24,755 nt of DNA from a virus (taxonomy: Duplodnaviria > Caudoviricetes), in IMG/VR virus record IMGVR_UViG_3300044723_007303, positions 1-24,755 of that record; one strand, 5' to 3'. The notes beneath the pieces were generated by a model. That model ran no database searches. It saw nothing but the letters and a program-made list of their open reading frames with translations, and had not been told where the DNA came from. Made by a program: the position numbers and the translations under genes. Of this stretch, positions 11,501 through 18,321 are shown piece after piece; the first letter of the stretch is position 1; every line of letters starts with the position of its first letter.

Positions 11501-13663
11501 TCAGCTTCATGTAAAGTTTCTGGTGGTAAAGTATATGCAACAGAATTAATAATTCCTGGTAGCGGTTATACAGAAAATCCATCAATTGTTGTGAGAGGAA
11601 CAGGATCTGGTGCTGCTGGTGCAGTAGTTAAAGCAAAGATTGAAATTGATACTCCTGCAGTTATCATGGGTGTAGCAAATGACGACTTTGATATATTTGC
11701 AGTAACTGATTCTACTACACCAACTAGATTTAACTTTAAATATCCAGTATATCTTCAAAATAATGCTAACTATGCTTTGGTGGTAGAAACTGATTCTACT
11801 GAGTATGAAATGTGGTCTTCTAAGTTAGGCGATTCTGATATTTCTACTAACATTACTGTTACAACTCAACCTGCATTAGGATCTTTATATAAGTCACAAA
11901 ATATTGACAATTGGACAGAAGATCTTTTTGAAGATGCAAAGTTTACTCTATACAGAGCAGAATTTGATATCAGCAGAACAGCAGATTTGTTCATTAAAGA
12001 AAAATCTTTAGGATTTGAATCTTTAGAAATAGATCCAATTGAAACCTCATCTATATCTGAATCAACTGCCACTTCAACGTTGTTTAAAAATAACAACGCT
12101 ATTGTAAAAGTTAATCATAAGAATCATGGATTTGAGGATAAAGGAAACTCTTATGTATTCTTTGATAATGCACAAGATGTTGGTGGAGTAACATCTGAAA
12201 CATTAAATTCAACATTGTTTGAAGTAACAAACGCAGGTGTTGATTCATACAATATTCAAATTCCTTACAGAGCTGGTAGTAGTGTTTTTGGTGGAGGTAA
12301 TTTAGTTGCTTCTTATAACAGAAAATATGAAAAACTATATGCACAAGTTCAGTATATTCAATCTGAAGGAACATCTATCAATTCATTTGTAAAAACAACT
12401 AATATTGTTCCTGTTGATTCATCAACACAAAATTATACTTCATATTCAATGTCAGATTATGAAAAAACGTTTTTAAATGAAGAACATATCTTTACAAATC
12501 AAAAAGTAGTTGTTTCTGATATTAATAAAACTTTAAATAATATTAATAATTCTTTAACTTATAAGATTCAACTTTCATCAACTGTTTCTTATTTGTCTCC
12601 TGTAATAGATGTCGCATCATCTTCAATTAAAACTTCAACAAATAGAGTTGAAAATGCAAGTGGTAAAGAAGATCGTTTTGGTAAGAGATATCAAAAACTT
12701 AAGTTCTATCCAATTTATACTTTTGTTATTACTGGTAATCAATCCAATAGTATTAATTTAAATCAAACTATTGAAGGTGTATCTTCAAAAGCAAAAGGAA
12801 GAGTAATTAAGTATGAAAATAATAATGTAACAATTAAATTGACAAGTATTAATACGTTTGAATCAAATGAAGAATTGCAATTCTCTACTAATTCTTTCAA
12901 TAATCCTGTTAATATTTCTGGCAATGTAACAGAAATTATTCCAGATTTTGTAATTGGTTCAACTGTTACATCTATGAATAGTAGTAATAACACAGTTAAA
13001 TATGAAAATAAAATATCTGGAAAAGTTGTTTATTGGGATCCTCAATTTGGAGAACTAATTGTAGAGAATAACAAACAACCTATTAATAATGATTTTGAAT
13101 CTGTGATAACAATTGGAAGTTCTTTTTCTAGAAGTTCTGTTGCTGAAAATCAATTAAATGATATTTTTAGAGTGGGTGACTTTTTATACACAACAGGCGA
13201 TTCTCAGTTTATTGAAGTTTCTTCAATGAAGTTTGAAAATGGTGTAGATTATATTGATGAAACTGGTTCAAAGAATAGTTCTTCTATTGCAAAATATATC
13301 ACTAAAGAAGTTTCATTAAATAATAGCGGATCTTCAATTGATGTAAGACTTACTGTTAACTTGAAAGATGTTAATAACGTTAAGGTATTTTATAAAACAA
13401 AGAACTCTTCCGAACAAGATAATTTTGAAGATATTAACTGGGTTCCATTTAATATTGATGGCAATCCAGATACCGATGAGATTGCAACAGCAACAAATTC
13501 TATTTCTGGAGAATTTGAAGATCAAAAGTCTTATCAAGAACTAAAATACAGTGCATCTGATTTAACAGAGTTTGGTTCTTATGGAATCAAAATTGTTATG
13601 AAAACAGATGATCCAGCATATGTTCCAAAGATTCAAGATCTAAGAGCTGTTGCTTCATACTGA
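5579..13663 (+). CDS. Giant virion structural protein, VrlC-like / DUF4815-type (2694 aa)
   Basis: N-terminus MPQKTNLNVDPYFDDFD...LFRPG..IQSRELTTLQSILQNQIE, 'RTYDESGDY', 'RRYTMRDIGKLEKRIERLE', 'PLAQTF', C-terminus 'VPKIQDLRAVA'; position after gp8 as in T4-like cyanophages. Confidence 0.85.
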   Translation: MPQKTNLNVDPYFDDFDPSKNFYRVLFRPGYSIQSRELTTLQSILQNQIESYGKFQFKQGELVVPGEVGLNNNLDYVKLSSVSEIAVNVDGEIVYRKYDIKQLVGEKLQGITSGVIATVIEADYATESEADTLYVKYTTSGDAATEKTFRQGETLEVVNGINTPLLIVGTDGSVLPTSISIVDPDTGEVSNELSPAMGHSSAVKVEEGIYFVNGFFVRNDEEILIINKYYNKPSAKVGFKISESLIFAEEDSSLYDNSRGYSNFASPGASRLKISLSLEKYDYSQITDKNFIQILKVKSGIIEKQIKKADYTLIEDTLAKRTYDESGDYVVDNFSVNVREFYQNDTNNGVYDLNTDNTVNGISLDEAKKKMIASIGPGKAYVKGYEIVNKDTKFLEIDKARDSLDRDNVTLKGRGVSDFKITNTYGSIPLNADGSELTSYPDAYLYSTFNDGSIGLNGSSNDYKTTVSRRGEQYSYISDTTTFSNEDIGIKTIYLELSLDSPINFGDVASSSDFRTLIGDLWFKRSETEVSLVKSIAYSLVKRPEIDGSGQTDYMELTVYGNKNDLNIFFKEYNENVSVNQTVLYRSKEDAESSSNGFATIRDYNEIITPLVGISKPKNFYFKDLPTGFNSNVDKIISKGVNGYDGTFSYSYFNPIFFTKITLDDVVASNTFLPGKYITGSKSGAYGVIEGTSGGAFSFANQLFVKTLSGNFLPGETISDEDNNVRRIAIENTISHFIVTRKQSGYPAGNTTISLNGIEYDNSKISLGISGDQTLYKVAIADRNATLQTYATPPTVKALVNGSTASLDPEATIIAVLFKNTVINYSPNNVKSLYSVFGSGNTNKFSADIDLNREKYSNVSQVTSFTFSGTKGYKYLESNGFGDDASKYLQQGDLIQFTDSTGNVNKSIVQYTTSPEGTIKTRIYLDSALQENVLNSSVVSVRPKQSNTTKSTLLFPTGSKQTKSLVKDVSDSKFKYYFRRDFVVEATSSGGNLTFAAQLPFGTQRFVKYEKENYIITVLDKGNSTEVEKGDILYVDESYVNISTSTDSTSGLTSGSVTINLPNNFFGENLSAPFPTLKLTATLEVSKAKPRLKTSIANKRIVITSSGDRVIPLRGYDYDTEDTESYSYSDAYKLRYVYVGGANPPVVDLSGNLISGEDVTNRFTFDNGQRDTFYDISRIVLKPGFEPPNGQLVVGFDYFEHSQGDFCTVDSYLHEAGVGEEEIPDFNSSVYGNLLLKDVVDFRPKVDATSLITGFQDNSILSKSNFISFNGPGGVSSSTPAIDSNIDYTISFSQSQYLDRIDGIFLTKKGDFVIKKGNSSLNPTKPESIDDSIPLYYVYIPAFTNSSEDVKIIAVDNRRYTMRDIGKLEKRIERLEHYTTLSILEQQALNMQIKDEVGIDRFKVGFIVDNFESHKVGNLSSIDYKCSIDTQQSVLRPEAKEDSLNIEELYQSDEERSISGYVNNDGIVTLPFTNLNLVQNQFATKKINPNPFVVIQYAGDGSLSPQVDQWYDNTTKPLIVNDNVGLFSIFSAKQTTDSATSSIYNNYIVNWVGTDRTFYNIDPLTSLNAEKSKTSIDLASISSSSNISPQNYELAQGINRNVIGNKSVLNAVQYYARTQAVKFTVGRMKPETEIFVFMEGTNIGRWVNPDFKFTGIAGNSSTAFGRSIVTDENGNASGVIVIPAGYAPVEGSSWNNSIESINYDTTGKSLRFPTGIKTIRFTSSSENESKNTVETYAEVKYYATGIIPQSPPSIISTRPSYFKSNEGVQLIDSNTDIEVRPNPLAQTFKIENYEGGVFATGVDLFFNKKSSDIPIRVYLTNIDLGKPAKNIIPGTECSLNPETKLKVYTSGSLPLKIGELINGVKSGASGPLAKVYDKNNSEVVASASGIVTLNNEQVYTLVLSNYNGIYFSQNEKLTSDTLTSENNLKGTNLTVTIAKDSGKISEISIDSVGNNYDNAILSIESPQLPGGTSASASCKVSGGKVYATELIIPGSGYTENPSIVVRGTGSGAAGAVVKAKIEIDTPAVIMGVANDDFDIFAVTDSTTPTRFNFKYPVYLQNNANYALVVETDSTEYEMWSSKLGDSDISTNITVTTQPALGSLYKSQNIDNWTEDLFEDAKFTLYRAEFDISRTADLFIKEKSLGFESLEIDPIETSSISESTATSTLFKNNNAIVKVNHKNHGFEDKGNSYVFFDNAQDVGGVTSETLNSTLFEVTNAGVDSYNIQIPYRAGSSVFGGGNLVASYNRKYEKLYAQVQYIQSEGTSINSFVKTTNIVPVDSSTQNYTSYSMSDYEKTFLNEEHIFTNQKVVVSDINKTLNNINNSLTYKIQLSSTVSYLSPVIDVASSSIKTSTNRVENASGKEDRFGKRYQKLKFYPIYTFVITGNQSNSINLNQTIEGVSSKAKGRVIKYENNNVTIKLTSINTFESNEELQFSTNSFNNPVNISGNVTEIIPDFVIGSTVTSMNSSNNTVKYENKISGKVVYWDPQFGELIVENNKQPINNDFESVITIGSSFSRSSVAENQLNDIFRVGDFLYTTGDSQFIEVSSMKFENGVDYIDETGSKNSSSIAKYITKEVSLNNSGSSIDVRLTVNLKDVNNVKVFYKTKNSSEQDNFEDINWVPFNIDGNPDTDEIATATNSISGEFEDQKSYQELKYSASDLTEFGSYGIKIVMKTDDPAYVPKIQDLRAVASY

Positions 13664-13875
13664 TGTTAAAAGTCAAAGGTCATGAGGGGTTGTATAGAGA
13701 CCCCTCTACTGGTGCTATTATTAACCTAGAAAAACCTAGTAAACAAACGATTTCAAAGAAACTAAGTACTGCAATAGATGATATAAATACTTTGAAGAGT
13801 GAGATTTCTGAAATAAAAAATCTTTTAAGTCAATTAATAAAAAATGGCAGTAGCAGTTCCAGTATTAAAGACTGA
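13663..13875 (+). CDS. Small conserved T4-like cyanophage protein with C-terminal coiled coil (70 aa)
   Basis: TGATG stop/start overlap with the upstream gene; 'KVKGHEGLYRDPSTGAIIN' followed by heptad-like 'INTLKSEISEIKNLLSQL'. Confidence 0.8.
   Translation: MLKVKGHEGLYRDPSTGAIINLEKPSKQTISKKLSTAIDDINTLKSEISEIKNLLSQLIKNGSSSSSIKD
13782..13789 (+). promoter_or_regulatory. T4-type late promoter core inside the 70-aa gene, serving the 594-aa gene
   Basis: Exact TATAAATA about 55 nt upstream of ATG 13844. Confidence 0.75.
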
Positions 13876-15628
13876 CACCTTTGAAATTCAAAGGCAAAAA
13901 ATTAATGACATGGTGGCGTATCTTAATGGTACGTCACCTGTAAATATCATTTATGTTACAAAACAAGGAGATGATGCTAATGATGGATTGACTGAAGCAA
14001 CTGCAAAAGCAACGATTGAAGGTGCGTTGGCAGCAGTTGACATAGACAACATTACAATTAAAGTTTATCCTGGTGTTTATGTTGAAAACAATCCATTAGT
14101 TCTTCCTGATCAAGTTAGTATTATAGGAACTTCTCTTAGAGAAGTCACTGTAACTCCTGCAAATAGTCCAGGAGATTTATTTTATGTAAGAAACGGTTGC
14201 TATATTGCCAACATGTCTTTTGTTGGTAACAGCAATACAGGAGCAATGATATCATTTAATCCAAATGATCCTCCTTATATTGATCAATCTCCATACATTC
14301 AAAATTGCACAAATTTTGTTCCAGATAGTATTGGATTGAAAGTGAATGGTGACGATGCCATAGGTCCCCTAAAATCAATGGTTGTTGATTCTTATACTCA
14401 ATACAACGCAAATGGAATAGGAGCAAGTATTAGTAATGAATCATATGCACAACTTGTTTCTATGTTTACTATATGTACAGATAAAGCTATTGAATGTTTG
14501 AATGGTGGAAGTTGCGACTTAACTAATTCTAATTCTTCTTTTGGAAATTATGGTCTCATTGCAGATGGTGTTAGCGATTTAAAATATACTGGTAGTGTTT
14601 CTGTTGCAACAGATGCAGATGTAGATACTGTAAGGGTTGATATTTCAACAACTTCTTTCAGTATTAGTAGTGCAACATATGACAATTTGACTGGATTGCT
14701 TACAGCAACAACAACTGCCAATCATGGGTTCCAGGTTGGAATGGATGTAAAGGTAGAAAATTTAATTTTTAGTTGCACTTCTGGTGGTTCTACATCAAAC
14801 CAAGCATTTCCGTCTGGTGCTTATGGATACATTTTTACGGTAGAGTCTACACCTGCAGCAAATCAATTTGTTGTAAATGTAGGAACATCTGATATTGTTC
14901 ATACTTACCAAAGCGGAGGAACTGCACAAGTAAACAATGTTAGACCATTTGATGGTCAAGTTGTTTATTTTGATACTTTATATTATGAGTTGTTAAGAAT
15001 TGACATTACAAATGGTGGAAGTGGTTATACATCAGTTCCAAACGTCACGATTGGAACACAATCAGAAGCATGGGGAATTAATGCAGAAGCAATTGCTGAA
15101 GTAAAGAATGGAGTAGTTACTGCGATTGATATTGTTTCTACTGGTAGAGGATATTCAGTAACTCCACCATCTATTACAATTGATCCACCAACTAGTGGTG
15201 TAACAGCGACTGCAGATGCTGTAATGGTTCCTTCTTATTTTATTGTATCTGAATCAACAGAAATTTCTACTGATGTATATGATATTACTTTTGCCAATGA
15301 AATTCCACTAGCACTTTCTGTTTCTGATACTTGTTATTTTTACAAACAATCTAGATTACTTGCTTCTTCTCATGCTTTCCAACAAATTGGTTCTGGAACA
15401 AATATTACTACAGCGGTTCCGCAAAATGGAGGAATAACTATTCAAGAAAATGAAACTGTTAGTGTTAATGGTGGCATAGTAGTATATACGAGCACAGATC
15501 AATCAGGAAATTTTAGAATTGGTGATGGTGTGGTTATTAATCAGAGTACAGGAACTGTCTCTGGTGAATCCTACACAAAGAGTTTATTCTCTACAGTAAC
15601 ACCCTATATTCTAGCATTAGGAGGCTAA
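13844..15628 (+). CDS. Tailspike / tail-fibre-like protein with pectin-lyase-like beta-helix (594 aa)
   Basis: N-terminal 'DTFEIQRQKIN' anchor-like motif; 'IYVTKQGDDANDG...AKATI..AL', 'TIKVYPGVYVE', 'SPYIQNCTNF', 'SNSSFGNYGL.ADG' typical of cyanophage beta-helix virion proteins; C-terminus 'YTSTDQSGNFRIG...ILALGG'. Confidence 0.72.
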   Translation: MAVAVPVLKTDTFEIQRQKINDMVAYLNGTSPVNIIYVTKQGDDANDGLTEATAKATIEGALAAVDIDNITIKVYPGVYVENNPLVLPDQVSIIGTSLREVTVTPANSPGDLFYVRNGCYIANMSFVGNSNTGAMISFNPNDPPYIDQSPYIQNCTNFVPDSIGLKVNGDDAIGPLKSMVVDSYTQYNANGIGASISNESYAQLVSMFTICTDKAIECLNGGSCDLTNSNSSFGNYGLIADGVSDLKYTGSVSVATDADVDTVRVDISTTSFSISSATYDNLTGLLTATTTANHGFQVGMDVKVENLIFSCTSGGSTSNQAFPSGAYGYIFTVESTPAANQFVVNVGTSDIVHTYQSGGTAQVNNVRPFDGQVVYFDTLYYELLRIDITNGGSGYTSVPNVTIGTQSEAWGINAEAIAEVKNGVVTAIDIVSTGRGYSVTPPSITIDPPTSGVTATADAVMVPSYFIVSESTEISTDVYDITFANEIPLALSVSDTCYFYKQSRLLASSHAFQQIGSGTNITTAVPQNGGITIQENETVSVNGGIVVYTSTDQSGNFRIGDGVVINQSTGTVSGESYTKSLFSTVTPYILALGG

Positions 15629-15632
15629 TCAA

Positions 15633-15962
15633 ATGGCATTAAAATTAAATAATTATAAAACTATTACTGAAGTCGTTGCAATATCACCAACGGTTGTATA
15701 TACAGCTCCAACTGGATATACTGGAGTTGTTTTGTTGGGACAAATTGCTAATATTAGTTCTACATCTTATGACGTAACTTTACTACATAGGAGAGGGGGA
15801 ATAGATACTGAAATTGTAAAAGATTTCCCAATTGCTGGTAATGATACTATCAATTTAATATCTGGAAAATTATTTTTAGAAACAGGTGACCAACTAGTAT
15901 TATCTGGCAGTGATGCAACAAACTTGAAGTTTATCTCTTCAATTTTGGAAACATTAAATTAA
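15633..15962 (+). CDS. Small conserved virion-associated protein (109 aa), partner of beta-helix/fibre genes
   Basis: GGAGG Shine-Dalgarno at the end of the upstream gene; 'VYTAPTGYTGVVLLGQIAN...GKLFLETGDQL...SILETLN' pattern. Confidence 0.75.
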   Translation: MALKLNNYKTITEVVAISPTVVYTAPTGYTGVVLLGQIANISSTSYDVTLLHRRGGIDTEIVKDFPIAGNDTINLISGKLFLETGDQLVLSGSDATNLKFISSILETLN

Positions 15963-15986
15963 TTACGATAAAAGTACCTAATTAAA

Positions 15987-18131
15987 ATGACACCATTTAT
16001 TTCCTCCAGAGTAAGAAAATTAGACGTTGGTATTTCGGGATATACAGATACCGATAGCGTCTTGAATGTTACTGGAAAAGTATCTGTAGGTACTGCAATA
16101 GATTTTGTTCCTTACGATAGTATAAACAACGGGACATTAAGGTTAGAAGGATCTGCTGGTACTTTATTTTCTATCAGTAATAATTTAACAAATGGATCTA
16201 TTTTTTCTGTTAATGATGCAACTGGTGTTCCTAGTTTAGATGTAAATGCAAACGGAACTATTTTATTAGCACCTTTTGGTCAAACAGAATATATTGGTAT
16301 TGGTAAAGTAAATCCAACAGAAAAAGTAGATGTTGAAGGTAGTATAAAATTATCTGGTGATATTTTTATTACTGATAATAACGAATATTCTTACAATATA
16401 CAATTTGTAACTCCGACTAAAGATAGAGAAATAGTAATTCCAGATGCAACTGGTACTGTTGGTTTGGTTGCAGGTTCTACTGGAATGATTCAGTATAATG
16501 ATGCTGGCAAACTTGCTGCAAGTGGAAATTTTGTTTATGCAAATGATAATGTTGGAATCGGAACACAAAGTCCAACAGAGAGTTTGGATATATCTGGAAC
16601 CCAAAATAAGTATATACAAATTACTAGCACAAATTCGCAAAGAACAGGATTATTATTCAGTAATACTTCTCCAGGTGTTGGAAAAATTTATTATAATCAT
16701 GATGATAACACTCTTAGAATTGAAACAAATAGTTTAGAAAGAGTGCGCATCGACGGCTCCGGCAGAGTGGGCATCGGGACGAGTTCTCCAGATGTAACTC
16801 TCCATTTAGGAACTACTCCAGCTGGTGCAGGCAGTGCCGGTGTTATCGGATTTGGAGATATTTCTAATTACAGAGTTGCCGAAATTGAAGGATACCGAGA
16901 GAACGGATCTTTTGCTGGATCACTTATTTTCAAAACCCAACCATCAGTAAGTTCGGGCAGCTCTGGCGCCGAACGAATGCGCATCACCAGCGCTGGCAAC
17001 GTGGGTATTGGGACGAGTAGCCCTGGCACTAATTTCCATCTAAACAACAATCCCTCTTGGGTGGCTCCAACAGGAGGAATCCCCAACAACACACAAGTCT
17101 GGATTTCTTCTAGCACTTTTACGGGACTTGGTATTCAAGGCTCCTCCGCTGGGGCATCTTATGTTTTGTTTAGTGATGAAAATGATGGTGACGTTGGTTA
17201 CATAAGCTATCAGCATACTGACGATTCTTTGCGGTTTGGAGTCAATGCCCAAGAACGCCTGCGCATCGACAGCACTGGCAACGTGGGCATCGGAACAACA
17301 AACCCACAATATAAGTTAGATATTGTAGGAACACTTAGAGTAAGTGAGACCACAAGAATTGGTGATGTAATTGATATTGTTCCTTATGACAATTTAAATA
17401 ATGGTACGCTGTCATTTGAAGGATCTGCTGGTCAGTTATTCTCAATCACAAATAATTTAACTTCTGGTTCTATATTTGCTGTAAATGATGTTTCTGGTAT
17501 TCCAAGTCTTGATATTGATGCAGATGGAACTATAAGTATTTCAGAATTTAGCGGTAATGTATTTTTTGCTGGTCTATCAACAGATACAGTATTTGTTGGA
17601 ACAAATAATAATACAAACACAAATAATTCTAGATTAGTTGTAAATGGTGGAATTTCAGAAACAGTTAATGGCATACAATATCCAGTAGTATCTCAAGTTA
17701 ATATAGGAACAGATCCTAATCAAATACCTTTAAATCAATTCTTGGGAAGCATGGCATTTGCTGATTTCCCATTTTTACAAACAACAACTAGTACTGATGG
17801 CGCAACTGCATCAATTACAGTTAATGCAGAATCAACAGATCTTTATTCACAGATTGCAGATTATACAACCGATGTTGTTTATGATATTTTAAATTTAACT
17901 TCTGGAAGAGAAATAAAATTATATTTAAGAAATACAAATGCTTCTGCAAGAACAATAACAATTAGAGCTTCTGCTACAAATACAGGATTTGCTAATGTAA
18001 ATCTAGCACCTGGAGCAGGAACTATGGGAGCAGCAAGTACTAGTACAATTTCTCTAGCAGCAACATCTGGTACAACACTAATTTACGTAGCAAATATTGG
18101 TGGTAATATTGTTGGAGGAATTCTGGCATGA
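15987..18131 (+). CDS. Modular tail fibre-like protein (714 aa)
   Basis: Five (N/R)VGIGT.SP-type repeats, three preceded by 'ER(M/V/L)RI(D/T)', typical of trimeric phage fibres; duplicated ~60-aa domain; 'IGTDPNQIPLNQFLGSMAF' motif. Confidence 0.8.
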   Translation: MTPFISSRVRKLDVGISGYTDTDSVLNVTGKVSVGTAIDFVPYDSINNGTLRLEGSAGTLFSISNNLTNGSIFSVNDATGVPSLDVNANGTILLAPFGQTEYIGIGKVNPTEKVDVEGSIKLSGDIFITDNNEYSYNIQFVTPTKDREIVIPDATGTVGLVAGSTGMIQYNDAGKLAASGNFVYANDNVGIGTQSPTESLDISGTQNKYIQITSTNSQRTGLLFSNTSPGVGKIYYNHDDNTLRIETNSLERVRIDGSGRVGIGTSSPDVTLHLGTTPAGAGSAGVIGFGDISNYRVAEIEGYRENGSFAGSLIFKTQPSVSSGSSGAERMRITSAGNVGIGTSSPGTNFHLNNNPSWVAPTGGIPNNTQVWISSSTFTGLGIQGSSAGASYVLFSDENDGDVGYISYQHTDDSLRFGVNAQERLRIDSTGNVGIGTTNPQYKLDIVGTLRVSETTRIGDVIDIVPYDNLNNGTLSFEGSAGQLFSITNNLTSGSIFAVNDVSGIPSLDIDADGTISISEFSGNVFFAGLSTDTVFVGTNNNTNTNNSRLVVNGGISETVNGIQYPVVSQVNIGTDPNQIPLNQFLGSMAFADFPFLQTTTSTDGATASITVNAESTDLYSQIADYTTDVVYDILNLTSGREIKLYLRNTNASARTITIRASATNTGFANVNLAPGAGTMGAASTSTISLAATSGTTLIYVANIGGNIVGGILA
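16098..17555 (+). repeat. Intragenic direct repeat of a ~60-aa domain (copies ~16098-16280 and ~17370-17555)
   Basis: IDFVPYDSINNGTLRLEGSAGTLFSISNNLTNGSIFSVNDATGVPSLDV vs IDIVPYDNLNNGTLSFEGSAGQLFSITNNLTSGSIFAVNDVSGIPSLDI. Confidence 0.92.
16737..17305 (+). repeat. Three GC-rich ~55-bp repeats encoding ER.RI..SG.VGIGT..P (~16737-16790, ~16971-17024, ~17252-17305)
   Basis: TGCGCATC in all three (16744, 16978, 17260); CTGGCAACGTGGG in copies 2 and 3; separated by mutually dissimilar spacers of about 60-75 aa. Confidence 0.88.
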
Positions 18132-18264
18132 GCATAAAAAATTTATATCCCACAACATTTCCTGTCTCAAGTATTGATTTTGTGAATGGAGATAAAACTT
18201 CTTCTGCTTCACCTACTGGCCCAAGAGACTACCAGATGGTGCTTTGAAATACATAACTCAATAA
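18128..18264 (+). pseudogene. Internally deleted remnant of a third adhesin paralog: N-terminus joined out of frame to the family C-terminus
   Basis: ATG 18128 overlaps the upstream stop (ATGA) with GGAGGA 8 nt before it; reads MSIKNLYPTTFPVSSIDFVNGDK... and stops at 18247 (39 aa). The -1 frame 18196-18264 reads NFFCFTYWPKRLPDGALKYITQ*, matching NISRFTYFPTRLSNALLQKLTK* and HISRLTYFPERLPDATLQAITS* of the next two genes; 18196-18216 is 18/21 nt identical to 19510-19530. Confidence 0.85.
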
Positions 18265-18272
18265 TATAAATA
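18265..18272 (+). promoter_or_regulatory. T4-type late promoter core
   Basis: Exact TATAAATA immediately after the remnant's TAA; AAGGAG SD at 18309-18314 and ATG 18322 follow. Confidence 0.88.
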
Positions 18273-18321
18273 CCAAAAGATTGATGTATACTAGTTTTCT
18301 AAGATTTAAAGGAGAGTTTTT

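Noticed and set aside
16737-17305. CRISPR-like repeat-spacer array
   Set aside because: Repeats are degenerate, in frame and protein-coding, with spacers of ~180-230 bp.
18136-18200. Programmed -1 frameshift rescuing the remnant (A AAA AAT at 18136)
   Set aside because: The -1 frame after that heptamer hits TGA at ~18175 and TAA at 18193, and no slippery site lies at the 18196 junction; a deletion is the simpler explanation.
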